DNA of 64,000 bases from positions 1 to 64,000 of the forward strand of contig CBDBCR010000002.1 of assembly GCA_965203465.1 (NCBI GenBank), written 5' to 3'. The notes under the pieces are model-generated. The model was given only the letters and a program-made list of their open reading frames with translations. It had not been told where the DNA came from and searched no databases. A program made the translations under genes and the position numbers. Origin of the DNA: Nitrosopumilaceae archaeon. GTDB lineage: Archaea; Thermoproteota; Nitrososphaeria; Nitrososphaerales; Nitrosopumilaceae. Each line of letters starts with the position of its first letter. Positions within the stretch are counted from its first letter, which is position 1. Positions 38,215 through 47,550 of the stretch are shown here, one piece after another.

Positions 38215-38940
38215 TTGCTTCCGGCGCAGCAGGGCTATGACCGTGCGATAACTGTGTTCTCGCCAGACGGGCGGCTATACCAGGTAGAGTACGCCATAGA
38301 GACTGTCCGGCGCGGGACCATCGCGGTCGGCGTGCTCTGCTCGGAGGGATCGGTCATGGCAGTCGAGGAAAAGTCGCGCAAGCTGCAGGTCTCCGACTAT
38401 GCCCAAAAGATATTCGAGATAGACGAGCACGTCGGCGTGGCGGCGGCCGGCTACATACCCGACGCGCGCAGCCAGGTGGACAACGCCAGGTTCTTTTCGC
38501 AGAGCAACCGGCTCATCTACGACGAGCCCGTCGATGTCGAGACCGTGGCGCGCCACCTTGCGGATCAGAGCCAGCAGTTCACCCAGTACGCGGGCGTGCG
38601 TCCCAACGGCGTTGCGCTCATAATCGCGGGGGTCAACCGGGGCTCGCCCAGCCTGTACCTGACCGATCCGAGCGGCACGTACATCTCGTACGAGGCCGTC
38701 GCCATCGGGGCCGGCTCGGACAGAGTGACGCCGTTCCTGGAAAAAGAGTACAAAAAGGACATGTCCCTCGAGGACGCCTCGGTGCTAGCAGCCGCCTCTA
38801 CGCTGCTCGCCGGGGACGGGGGGCCGGCCGACGGCGTGCGCATGGCGCAGGTATCTGCGTCCACCGGAAAGTTCTCCCTCGTGCCGCCCGAAGGCGTCCG
38901 GGGGTATTCGGATGCGGCGAGGTCAAAGTTCCTCGGCTGA
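38215..38940 (+). CDS. psmA: proteasome subunit alpha
   Basis: GYDRAITVFSPDGRLYQVEYA signature. Confidence 0.97.
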   Translation: MLPAQQGYDRAITVFSPDGRLYQVEYAIETVRRGTIAVGVLCSEGSVMAVEEKSRKLQVSDYAQKIFEIDEHVGVAAAGYIPDARSQVDNARFFSQSNRLIYDEPVDVETVARHLADQSQQFTQYAGVRPNGVALIIAGVNRGSPSLYLTDPSGTYISYEAVAIGAGSDRVTPFLEKEYKKDMSLEDASVLAAASTLLAGDGGPADGVRMAQVSASTGKFSLVPPEGVRGYSDAARSKFLG

Positions 38941-39712
38941 GCCGGACGGCACGTCGGTGGCCATACCGGACTCGTGCCTGGCCGAAGAGGAATCCCTCCT
39001 GGAAAAGACGCGCAAGATATCGCAGATGGCGCGCGCCTGCTCCATATTCGGCGTCTCGTGCATATACGTGTACGACCACGGGGGCGGGGACGACGGCAAG
39101 CTGCTCGCCTCGCTGCTGCGGTACGCCGAGGCGCCGCAGTTCCTGCGCCGCCGGCTCTTCCCAAAGACCGACCAGCTGCGCTGCGCCGGCGCGATCGCCC
39201 CGCTACAGATACCGAGCCACAACGTCTCGGGCAGGCCGGCGCCGGGGCAGTACCGCGACGGGGTCGTGGTCAGGGGCGGGCGAGCCGACTTTGGGTTCGG
39301 GCCGCTGCCCTACCGGGGCCGCTCGCCGCCCGGCTCGCGCATAACTGCGCGCTTTTCGTCTGCCACCGAGTACCGCGAGGTGCCAAGCTCGTCGGCGCCC
39401 GGGTACCGGGGGTACGCGGTGCGCAGGCGCGGCAGCCTGGCCTCGTCGCTCTCGTCGTGGACAGGCGACATCGTGATCACCTCGCGCAAGGGCAGGGCCG
39501 TCACATCGGATCTTCTAGGCAGGTGCCGCCGGGCGCGGCGCCTGCTGGTCGCGTACGGCTCGTCGAGGCACGGCATACACGACATGCTCGACCCCTCGTC
39601 GGTGCCGGGCGCGCGCGTGCTGGACTTTTTTCCGGGCCAGCGCACAAAGACGGTCCGGCTCGAAGAGGCGCTGCTGGGCACGCTGGCCATGCTCAACGCG
39701 CCGCAACGCTGA
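38912..39712 (+). CDS. SPOUT-class putative RNA methyltransferase (DUF171-like); start uncertain
   Basis: SVAIPDS, ARACSIFGV, LRY.E.PQFLRRRLF, PGQRTKTVRLEEA. Confidence 0.88.
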   Translation: MRRGQSSSAEPDGTSVAIPDSCLAEEESLLEKTRKISQMARACSIFGVSCIYVYDHGGGDDGKLLASLLRYAEAPQFLRRRLFPKTDQLRCAGAIAPLQIPSHNVSGRPAPGQYRDGVVVRGGRADFGFGPLPYRGRSPPGSRITARFSSATEYREVPSSSAPGYRGYAVRRRGSLASSLSSWTGDIVITSRKGRAVTSDLLGRCRRARRLLVAYGSSRHGIHDMLDPSSVPGARVLDFFPGQRTKTVRLEEALLGTLAMLNAPQR

Positions 39713-39737
39713 TTTGGCCCCGCGCCGGCCCGACCGC

Positions 39738-39842
39738 GTGAAAGGGGGGTTCGCGCTGCTGGCAATGGCCGTCGGCGCGGCAGGCGTGGCTATAGGAATC
39801 TATGCTGCTTGGTCGGCCATATCTTCTCTTGTCGGGCCCTAG
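39738..39842 (+). CDS. 34-aa single-TM microprotein MKGGFALLAMAVGAAGVAIGIYAAWSAISSLVGP
   Basis: fills gap; one clean TM helix. Confidence 0.45.
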   Translation: MKGGFALLAMAVGAAGVAIGIYAAWSAISSLVGP

Positions 39843-40489
39843 GACTTTACGCACCTGTACGAGGCGAATATGGGGCCCACGCCGCCCTTTTCGAACCTGC
39901 CGTGCCTCGATATCTGCTCTTCGTACCGGGCCTCGCCGTGCAGGTAGTTTTCCACCTCGACCTTGGTGCCGGACGGCAGCACGAACAGGCCGCGTATGTA
40001 CCCGGGGCGCTCCTCGTCGACCCTCTCGAAGCGGTCGCGCAGGTACCCCATGCTCCCGTCGTTGAACACGACCAGCATGACCTCGGCGCCGCTCTTTGCC
40101 TTTGAGAATATGGTCTCGACGGCGCCGGGCATGTCCGAGACGGTGTGGAGCACCATGGAGCACAGAACGGAATCAAAGTGAGAATCCGGCAGGCTGCCGC
40201 CGCCCGGAAGCGACGCCTCTTGGAGGCGCAGCCCGCCCGGCCGGGAGCCGTGCTTTGACCTGATGTAGTCGAAGAATTCGGGGACCGGATCGGCTCCCCA
40301 GTACTCGGCGGCGGGGTTTAGAAACTCCAGCGCCGCGCCCCATCCGCACCCCATGTCGAGGAACCTGGAGCCGGCGGGCACCTTGGCAAGCTCGCGCGCA
40401 AGGTGCGGCTCTAGGTGGTCGCGCTTGAACTCGTCCTCGCCCTCCTCGTAGTGCTTTATCCACGCCTCGGCGTATTCCTTGTCGTACAA
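39839..40489 (-). CDS. class I SAM-dependent methyltransferase
   Basis: FLDMGCGWG, LPDSHFDSVLCSMVLH. Confidence 0.88.
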   Translation of the reverse strand: MYDKEYAEAWIKHYEEGEDEFKRDHLEPHLARELAKVPAGSRFLDMGCGWGAALEFLNPAAEYWGADPVPEFFDYIRSKHGSRPGGLRLQEASLPGGGSLPDSHFDSVLCSMVLHTVSDMPGAVETIFSKAKSGAEVMLVVFNDGSMGYLRDRFERVDEERPGYIRGLFVLPSGTKVEVENYLHGEARYEEQISRHGRFEKGGVGPIFASYRCVKS

Positions 40490-40786
40490 CGGGGCGAGGC
40501 CCGCGTGGTCCGTATTTATGTGAATGCGGGGCGCCGCGCATTTCGCAGGATCCGCGGACTGCCCGGCGGCGCGCGGCTCCGCCCTGCGATCGCGCCGGCT
40601 AGGCCGCAACCGCCCGGACTCGTCGCGGACTGCAAGAGCCCGGCCCGCGGCCGGCAGAAGAGTCGCGCGAACCGCCCGCGGATGCGCTTCCGGCCGGCCC
40701 GAACCGCCGTACCGTACGGTCTGCGGCCATCGCCGCGGCCGGATGCGCCCGAAAGAAACTTTTACGGGGCCCGCCGGCCGGGCTCC

Positions 40787-40969
40787 GTGGACATGCAGTA
40801 CTCGCGCCTGACCGTCGAGGGGGACAAAAAGACGGAATGGATATGCGGCTGCTTTGAGACCATCGACGGGTACTTCAAATTCTGCCCGGGCCACGACGAG
40901 ACGCTGGCGCGCGCGATAAACTCGCAGATAGACGAGCTGGACATGACGCTCGTGCTCGACGGCAGCTAG
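40787..40969 (+). CDS. small hypothetical protein (WICGC...FCPGH)
   Basis: TTTTA box ~25 nt upstream; Cys/His motif. Confidence 0.6.
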   Translation: MDMQYSRLTVEGDKKTEWICGCFETIDGYFKFCPGHDETLARAINSQIDELDMTLVLDGS

Positions 40970-43014
40970 ATGGACAGCACCGCGACGAACGCCGAGACGA
41001 AGACGATGGCGATGGTGTTGAGCAGCTTTATGACGGTGTTGAGCGCCGGGCCGGCCGTGTCCTTGTACGGGTCGCCTATGATGTCGCCGACCACTGCCAC
41101 CTTGTGCTCTTCGGATCCTTTCTGACCCCTCATCTCGACGAGCTTTTTGGCGTTGTCCCAGGCGCCGCCCGTGTTGGCGAGGTGGTAGGCCAGGAATATG
41201 CCGGTGACCACCGATCCCATCAGCAGGCCGGCGACCGCGGTGGGCCCTAGCAGCACGCCCAGCACGATGGGAGAGGCGATGGCGACTGCCGCCGACTTCC
41301 ACAGCTCCTTGATCGAGGCGACGGTGGCGATATCGACGCACATGGCGTAGTCGGGCTTTGAAGAGCCGTCCAGTATGCCGGGGTCGGCCTTGAACTGCCG
41401 CCGGACCTCGTCCACCATGCGGCCGGCGGCGCGCGAGACGCCGCCTATCAGCTGCCCTGTGATGATGAACGGCACCAAGCCGCCGACTAGCAGCCCGACG
41501 ACGACGGCCGGGTTGGTGAGGCTGTAGTCCAGCTCCATCAGCCCCTCGAAGACGTGGGCCGCCTCGAACTGGAACGCCTGTATCATGGCCAGGGCCGCAA
41601 GGGCCGCGCTGGCTATGGCGAAGCCCTTTGTGACGGCCTTTGTAGTGTTGCCGACCGCGTCTATCTCGTCGGTCACCTTGCGGTTCTCCTCGCCCATGCC
41701 GGTCATCTCGACGATGCCGCCGGCGTTGTCGGCGATGGGACCGAACGCGTCGATGCTCAGCACGATGCCGGCGAGGCTCAGCATCGCCATGGCAGTCAGC
41801 GACGTTCCCAGTATCCCGTACAGGACCGGATCCGCGCCGGGCACCGCGGTGCCGGCTGCCGCCGATATCGAAAACGAGACGATGATGGCCGCCACCAGGG
41901 CGATCATGAACGGGCCCGTCGACTGGAGGCCCTTTATGATGCCGGCGAGCGTCAGCGAGGCGTACCCCCACTTTGCGGCCTCTGCTATCTGCTTTACGGG
42001 CCCGTACTTGTAGCTGGTGTACCTGTCGGTTATCTTTTGTATCACGGGGACCAGCGCCACGCCTATGACCGTCGAGCCGAACAGCGCCGTGGCCACCGGG
42101 GTAGATCCGAGCAGGTGCTGCGTGAGGGCAAAGTTGAGCCCGACGGCTATGGCAGCCGAGACGTAAAAGGATCTGTTGAGCGGGGCCATCACGTCGGTCA
42201 CGCCGCGCGCCCTGACCACGGCCACCCCTATTATGGAGGCTATCATGCCGGCGGCGCCCACCATTATCGGGTACATGAACAGCTCGGGCGCCCCGATCAG
42301 GGCCACTATGAGCAGCGAGGCCAGTATGGTCACGATGTACGACTCGTAGACGTCCGAGCCCATGCCGGCCGCGTCGCCCACGTTGTCGCCCACATTGTCT
42401 GCGATGGTGGCGGGGTTGCGCGGATCGTCTTCGGGTATGTTGGCCTCGACCTTGCCGACTAGGTCGGCTCCCATGTCGGCCGCTTTGGTGAATATGCCGC
42501 CGCCTATCCTGATGAACAGGGCTATGAGGCTCGCGCCTATCCCTACGCCGGCTATGGCTATCGGATCCTGGTATATCATGTACAGCACGGTTATGGCCAG
42601 CAGCGCCATGGCCGGCACGGCCAGGCCGACGGTCGCCCCGCCGCGGAACGCCATGGCGAAGGTGGCGCCCAGCCCGCTGCCGCTCAGGTTGGCCGCGCGC
42701 ACCGCCGCCTTTACCGTTATCTTTAGCGATATGAGGCCTGCCACCGCAGAGAGGGCCGCGCCCACGGCAAAGGCCACGCCGTTGGAGGGCTGCAGCAAAG
42801 CCCCGATGACGGCGGCGAGCCCCACGGAGACGGGCACTATTATCTTCATCTCGCGGCGCAGGAACGCGGCGGCCCCCACGCGCACCGCCTCGGATATCTC
42901 CTGCATGGCAGCGGTGCCTGGGCTCTGCTTCGATATCCAAATGGCCAGCGCGGCCGCGACGGCGAACGAGGCCGCGGCGGCGGCTATGGGCAGCACTTGC
43001 GCAAGATAATCCAT
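40966..43014 (-). CDS. hppA: membrane-bound H+-translocating pyrophosphatase, K+-independent type
   Basis: GGIFTKAADMGADLVGKVEANIPEDDPRNP, DNVGDNVGD, GNTTK (Lys variant), GDPYKDTAGP. Confidence 0.96.
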   Translation of the reverse strand: MDYLAQVLPIAAAAASFAVAAALAIWISKQSPGTAAMQEISEAVRVGAAAFLRREMKIIVPVSVGLAAVIGALLQPSNGVAFAVGAALSAVAGLISLKITVKAAVRAANLSGSGLGATFAMAFRGGATVGLAVPAMALLAITVLYMIYQDPIAIAGVGIGASLIALFIRIGGGIFTKAADMGADLVGKVEANIPEDDPRNPATIADNVGDNVGDAAGMGSDVYESYIVTILASLLIVALIGAPELFMYPIMVGAAGMIASIIGVAVVRARGVTDVMAPLNRSFYVSAAIAVGLNFALTQHLLGSTPVATALFGSTVIGVALVPVIQKITDRYTSYKYGPVKQIAEAAKWGYASLTLAGIIKGLQSTGPFMIALVAAIIVSFSISAAAGTAVPGADPVLYGILGTSLTAMAMLSLAGIVLSIDAFGPIADNAGGIVEMTGMGEENRKVTDEIDAVGNTTKAVTKGFAIASAALAALAMIQAFQFEAAHVFEGLMELDYSLTNPAVVVGLLVGGLVPFIITGQLIGGVSRAAGRMVDEVRRQFKADPGILDGSSKPDYAMCVDIATVASIKELWKSAAVAIASPIVLGVLLGPTAVAGLLMGSVVTGIFLAYHLANTGGAWDNAKKLVEMRGQKGSEEHKVAVVGDIIGDPYKDTAGPALNTVIKLLNTIAIVFVSAFVAVLSI

Positions 43015-43150
43015 CCTACGCGCGCGCCGCCCGGCACTTGAAATATAAATCAAGGGCGGGGCGGGCCGATTCATTCGGCCTGCAAGGCCCGCCCGCGCCG
43101 GGAGGCGCGGCCCGCCGCGAGGCCGGCGGGTGCGAACCGGAAGCCGCACG

Positions 43151-43542
43151 CGGCCGCTATCAACTAGCGGCAGGCCAGCCGGGGCGCCAGCTTGGAGGCA
43201 CCAAAAACCCACCATGAATGACCGCTAGTAACTAGTAGTCATTCAGTACAGGCGGGGCTGATGACCGCTGGCAACTAGCGGCAGACCCGCCTAGCGCCGG
43301 CACGCAGGCGCCAAAAACCCACCATGAATGACCGCTAGTAACTAGCGGTCATGCCGTACCGGGCGGGGCCGACGGCGGCCGGCAACTAGCGGCGGGCCGC
43401 GGCGGGGGCCGGCCTGCAGGCGCGGAAAAGCCGCCCAAATGACCGCTAGTAACTAGCGGTCATTCAGTACGGGGCGGACGCAATTTGTCGCGGAAAACAG
43501 GTCAAGATTATATGAGTATGACCGCTAGTAACTAGTGGTCAT
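43151..43542. repeat. 110-bp-period array carrying the palindrome ATGACCGCTAGT-A-ACTAGCGGTCAT (4 strong + 3 degenerate copies)
   Basis: strong copies 43218-43242, 43328-43352, 43439-43463, 43518-43542; weak copies ~43152, 43261, 43372; CCAAAAACCCACCATGAATG at 43201 and 43311. Confidence 0.95.
43507..43514 (+). promoter_or_regulatory. TATA box of ATPase gene
   Basis: ATTATATG ~27 nt upstream of ATG 43541, with a palindrome between them. Confidence 0.6.
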
Positions 43543-44683
43543 GTTTAGTTCCAGACCGAGGGACGACGTTCGTGCCCTCTTTGGCAGAAGCGACGAAATC
43601 CGCCGCCTGCGCTCCGTCATACAGAACAACGATCCGCTGGTGGTGATAACCGGCCTGCGGAGAACCGGCAAGACATCGCTGCTCTGCTCCGTTTTGGCAG
43701 AGCGTCAAGAGAGCGTCGTACGGCTGGACATGCGTAGCCTGGAAAGAAAGCGCCAAGCTACGAAGGAGGAGATCGCCGGCCTGCTGGCCGCCGGCGTCTC
43801 GGTGTTTCTCCGGCGCAACGCATCTAGCAGGGACAAGATTCTTGACACGCTGCGGACAGTCCGCGGCATACGGATAGCCGGGACCGGAATAGATTTGGGA
43901 CGGCAGGAGAAAAAAAAGTTGGATATGGCGGGGCTTTTCAGGCACTTGGATCTGTGGGCAGAGGACAACGGCACAAACATCGCGGTCTCGATAGACGAGG
44001 CTCAAGAGCTTGGCAAAGCAAGACACCTCAACATAAACGGCATGCTTGCGTCGGTCTACGACAACTGCAAAAACACCATGCTGGTGCTTGCGGGATCCGA
44101 GATCGGTCTGCTGCACAAATTTCTGGCCCTCGACGATCCGAGATCGCCGCTGTTCGGGAGGCACGTGCAATTCATAGATTTGAAGCCTCTGTCCGCACGC
44201 CAGAGCTCTGAATTCCTGAGGGCCGGTTTCGAAGAACTCGGAACAAGCCTGGACAAGAGCGCAGAGGACGCGATACAATCCGCCGCCTCGGAGCTGGGCG
44301 GAGTGATGGGATGGCTGAACCGGTTCGGCCTCGAGTGCGTAAAGACCGGAACCGTGGGCGCGGCCGAACTGAGATCCGTAAGGGCTGCCGGCTCCAAGCT
44401 CGCAAAGGACGAATTCGAGCGGTTCCTGTCCACGCGCACGGCAAGCGGCAGGTACGAGTCGATAATGAAGGGGCTGTGGCCGGAAGGATCGAACTGGCGC
44501 GCCCTCCGCAATTTCGTGCACCTCGATCTGGACAAAAAGATACACGACAAGAACTTTTGCGATCTGCTCGCGGTGCTGATAGACACCGGATTCGTAGCAA
44601 AGAAAGACGGCATGTACTACATCCCCGATCCGCTCCTGAGGCACGCCTACCGGCGCACCGGCAGGCGCGCGCGCCGATCCTAG
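43535..44683 (+). CDS. archaeal AAA+ ATPase (ATPase_2-like) with C-terminal winged helix; ATG 43541 also possible
   Basis: F..RP....LFGR, Walker A GLRRTGKTS, Walker B IDEAQ, AGSEIGLL, PLFGR, C-terminal L.DTGFV.K..G.Y.IPDPL; lower GC. Confidence 0.9.
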   Translation: MVMFSSRPRDDVRALFGRSDEIRRLRSVIQNNDPLVVITGLRRTGKTSLLCSVLAERQESVVRLDMRSLERKRQATKEEIAGLLAAGVSVFLRRNASSRDKILDTLRTVRGIRIAGTGIDLGRQEKKKLDMAGLFRHLDLWAEDNGTNIAVSIDEAQELGKARHLNINGMLASVYDNCKNTMLVLAGSEIGLLHKFLALDDPRSPLFGRHVQFIDLKPLSARQSSEFLRAGFEELGTSLDKSAEDAIQSAASELGGVMGWLNRFGLECVKTGTVGAAELRSVRAAGSKLAKDEFERFLSTRTASGRYESIMKGLWPEGSNWRALRNFVHLDLDKKIHDKNFCDLLAVLIDTGFVAKKDGMYYIPDPLLRHAYRRTGRRARRS

Positions 44684-45051
44684 GCGGCCTTTCTGCGCCT
44701 CCTGTACGGGGCGAAGCGGCCCCCGCGCATGGCGCGCCTTACCAGCGAGTTGAACCTCTTGCCGTGCGACAGGTACGGGAACCTCATGTGGACCATCTCG
44801 TGCGCGACGGTCTTTTCAAGCTCCGCCTCGTCGGGTATCTTGCGCACGTTGACGAATATCGTGTTGTGCCGCAGGTAAGAGACCCCGTAGTACTTGTACG
44901 CCGATGTCCTGCGGCCCGCGGTGTGCTCGCGCGGGGCCTCGAGCACCTCCTTCTGGGTCATCAGCACGAGCGGCTCCCGCACGGAGAGGCGCGCGGCGTA
45001 CACGCCGGCCATCTCGAGCACGCGCACGCGCAGGGCCGGGTCGAGCTTCAC
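44680..45051 (-). CDS. small zincin-like protein (HExxH)
   Basis: TVAHEMVHMRFPYLSHGKRF. Confidence 0.7.
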   Translation of the reverse strand: MKLDPALRVRVLEMAGVYAARLSVREPLVLMTQKEVLEAPREHTAGRRTSAYKYYGVSYLRHNTIFVNVRKIPDEAELEKTVAHEMVHMRFPYLSHGKRFNSLVRRAMRGGRFAPYRRRRKAA

Positions 45052-45113
45052 GCACGTCGCTCGCCGAAAACGGCTTTAACCCTGGGGTCAGTCGCGTTGG
45101 ATGAAATCACGCA

Positions 45114-45632
45114 TCATACAGCCACCTTTTCATCATTCCCCGCCCGCATGCCGTCCATTATCTTTTGTGTCTTGCGCCGCACCCCCGCGTCCACCCGGAC
45201 GGCCACCATGCCATCGCCGGGCTGCCCGTAAAAGAGCGAGGCGCCGTCGGGCGCAAGCGCGCAGGCCGGCAGGGCCAGCAGGTCCTCCTCGCCTTCCACC
45301 AGTATCCGGACCGGCGCCTCGGACAAGAGCCCCTCGCGCACCGCCGCCACCGCTTCGTCCGAGAGCGTGCCGGCCGGGTTGCAGCACCTCTTTTGGACAG
45401 TCCCGGGGGGCAGCGGGGGCGGCGCCCTGGCGCCCCTCCGCTCGGCCCCGTCGACGATCTGCAGGCGTACGGGAACCTGCCACCCGAGCAGCCTCTCGGT
45501 GGTGCGGTCGCCCACCGTTATCGCGGGTGCAGAGACCTTGGACAGGACGAGCTTGCGCGTTATGGACGGCTCGGGCATCAGGCATCCGAGCGGCTCTTTG
45601 AGGGCCGCCCTCATGCGCCCGGGCAGCCTCAC
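45114..45632 (-). CDS. GTP-dependent dephospho-CoA kinase (DUF359)
   Basis: LKEPLG, TVGDRTT, NPAGTL, VEGEEDLL.LP, YGQP..G.V. Confidence 0.88.
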   Translation of the reverse strand: MRLPGRMRAALKEPLGCLMPEPSITRKLVLSKVSAPAITVGDRTTERLLGWQVPVRLQIVDGAERRGARAPPPLPPGTVQKRCCNPAGTLSDEAVAAVREGLLSEAPVRILVEGEEDLLALPACALAPDGASLFYGQPGDGMVAVRVDAGVRRKTQKIMDGMRAGNDEKVAV

Positions 45633-46708
45633 GCCTGCGTCTCCGGAGCCTCGGCCCGCAGCTTGGCGGCCAGTATGCTGCACTGAGCGGCTATGTTCTT
45701 GGCCGACGATTCAAAGGCGGCCGCGCTGGGCGAACCCGGATCCGAGATCATGATCGGCCTGCCCTCGTCGGAGCCGGACATTATGGAAGAGTTGAGCGGT
45801 ATGGAGCCCAGCAGCGGCATGCTGAAGCTTTGGCTGATGCGCTCGGCGCCCCCGCCCCCGAAGACGCGGTGCTCGGACCTGCAGTCGGGGCACACGAAAT
45901 GGCTCATGTTCTCCACCACGCCCAGGAGCGGGATGTTGAGCTTTTGGAACATGCCGATGGCCTTGGACGCCACGTTGCTTGCCACCTCCTGCGGCGTGGT
46001 GACCACGAGTATGCCGGTTATCGGTATGGTCTGGGCCAGCGTCAGGGGTATGTCGCCGGTTCCAGGCGGCAGGTCCACTATGAGGTAGTCCAGGTCCGAC
46101 CAGTTCGTGTCCACCAGGAACTGGCGCAGTATGCCGGAGATTATCGGGCCCCTGTATATGGCCGCCTGGTGGGACTGCTCGGCGAAGAACCCGAACGAGA
46201 CGACCCTCATGCCCTCGTGGATCGCCGGCTGAAGCTTGTTGTCCTCGACCTCCATGTGGGCGTCCTTCATGCCCAGCATCAGCGGTATGCTCGGCCCGTA
46301 AATGTCCGCGTCCAAGAGCCCCACCTTGGCGCCGCTCTTGGTCAGGGCCAGCGCCAAGTTGAGCGCGACCGTCGACTTGCCCACGCCGCCCTTGCCGCTT
46401 GCCACCCCTATGATGTTCTTGACCGTCGCCATGCCGGCGTCGTCCTCGAGCGAGCGGCCTTCCATGACCTTGGCCGTCACGTTCAGGTCCAGGGCGTCGA
46501 CGCCTTCCAGCTCGCCGACGGCCCTGCGCACGTCCTCTTCTATCTCGGCGTTGAACGGGCAGGCAGGCGTGGTCAGCTCCAGGGTGAATTTCAGGCTGCC
46601 CCCGTCCACCTCGAGGTCCTTTATCATGCCCATGGACACGATGTCCTTTTTCAGGTCGGGGTCTATGACCGTGGCCAGCTTTTCGAGCACCTGATCGACG
46701 CCGACCAT
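45629..46708 (-). CDS. apbC: Mrp/NBP35 Fe-S cluster carrier ATPase
   Basis: VASGKGGVGKST, DADIYGPS, DLPPGTGD, ENMS.F.CP.C. Confidence 0.94.
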   Translation of the reverse strand: MVGVDQVLEKLATVIDPDLKKDIVSMGMIKDLEVDGGSLKFTLELTTPACPFNAEIEEDVRRAVGELEGVDALDLNVTAKVMEGRSLEDDAGMATVKNIIGVASGKGGVGKSTVALNLALALTKSGAKVGLLDADIYGPSIPLMLGMKDAHMEVEDNKLQPAIHEGMRVVSFGFFAEQSHQAAIYRGPIISGILRQFLVDTNWSDLDYLIVDLPPGTGDIPLTLAQTIPITGILVVTTPQEVASNVASKAIGMFQKLNIPLLGVVENMSHFVCPDCRSEHRVFGGGGAERISQSFSMPLLGSIPLNSSIMSGSDEGRPIMISDPGSPSAAAFESSAKNIAAQCSILAAKLRAEAPETQA

Positions 46709-46805
46709 GGGCGCGGGGGCCGCCGCGTCTTATTTATAGCTAGATTGGGGCCTTGGAAAGGGGGCGGCAAACGTTCATAAATTGACCGGCGGGGCCGCGC
46801 GACGG

Positions 46806-47363
46806 TTGTTTTCAATATCCACCCTAGTGGACGTGGTGCGGATACCTCCGAACCTGTTCGGCAAGACCCTCCGCAAGGCGGCCATCAGCATACTGAAGGA
46901 AAAGTACGAGAGCGCCATAAACTCCGACCTCGGCTACATCATCATGATAATGGACGCAAAAGTCGACGAGATGGGCCGCATGATAGCCGGCGACGGCGGC
47001 ACGCACCACCGCGTCGAGTTCAACGCCCTGACGTTCTACCCGAAACTGCAGGAGATCATCCGAGGAGAGATCGTGGACATAACCGACTTTGGGGCCTTCG
47101 TCCGGATAGGGCCGGCCGACGCGTTGCTCCACCTCTCGCAGGTGATGGACGACTATCTCAAGAGCGACGTAAAGTCTGGCATGATAGTCGCCAACCAGAG
47201 CGGCCGCACGCTGAAGGTGGGCTCTACGCTGCGCGCGCGCATAACGGCGGTCTCGCTCGGCAAGGGCTCCACGATGGGCAAGATAGGCATAACGTGCAGG
47301 CAGCCGTTTCTGGGCGCCGACGAGTGGATACAGGAAGAGACTAGCAAAAAGGAGGCCGAATAG
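46806..47363 (+). CDS. rpoE1: RNA polymerase subunit Rpo7 (E')
   Basis: DVVRIPP, GDGGTHHRVEF, FGAFVRIGP.DALLHLSQ. Confidence 0.95.
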   Translation: MFSISTLVDVVRIPPNLFGKTLRKAAISILKEKYESAINSDLGYIIMIMDAKVDEMGRMIAGDGGTHHRVEFNALTFYPKLQEIIRGEIVDITDFGAFVRIGPADALLHLSQVMDDYLKSDVKSGMIVANQSGRTLKVGSTLRARITAVSLGKGSTMGKIGITCRQPFLGADEWIQEETSKKEAE

Positions 47364-47364
47364 G

Positions 47365-47550
47365 ATGCGCGAGATGGCGTGCCGCAAGTGCAAGCACGTG
47401 ACGACCGGCAAGGTCTGCCCAAAGTGCAGGTCGTCCGATCTCACGCCTGACTGGACCGGCATAGTGCTAGTCGTGGAGCCGGATCACTCGCAGATAGCGC
47501 GCACGCTCGGCATAACAAAGGACGGCAAATACGCCCTGAAAGTGACATGA
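47365..47550 (+). CDS. spt4: transcription elongation factor Spt4 (RpoE'')
   Basis: ACRKC...CPKC, DWTG, SQIA..LGI...GKYALKV. Confidence 0.95.
   Translation: MREMACRKCKHVTTGKVCPKCRSSDLTPDWTGIVLVVEPDHSQIARTLGITKDGKYALKVT

Noticed and set aside
40520-40755. ~230-bp GC-rich intergenic stretch with short repeats (CGCGGACTGC, AACCGCC)
   Set aside because: No consistent period, TIR/TSD or recognisable RNA structure.
39839-42940. 1033-aa ORF and many other long overlapping Arg/Gly/Ala-rich ORFs (e.g. 19363-22083, 49690-52248)
   Set aside because: These are shadow frames caused by high GC3 and few stops; only their terminal parts are real genes.
43151-43542. CRISPR array interpretation of the palindromic repeats
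   Set aside because: The intervening sequences are homologous to each other and mostly ~85 bp long, the last repeat overlaps a start codon, and there are no cas genes in the window.
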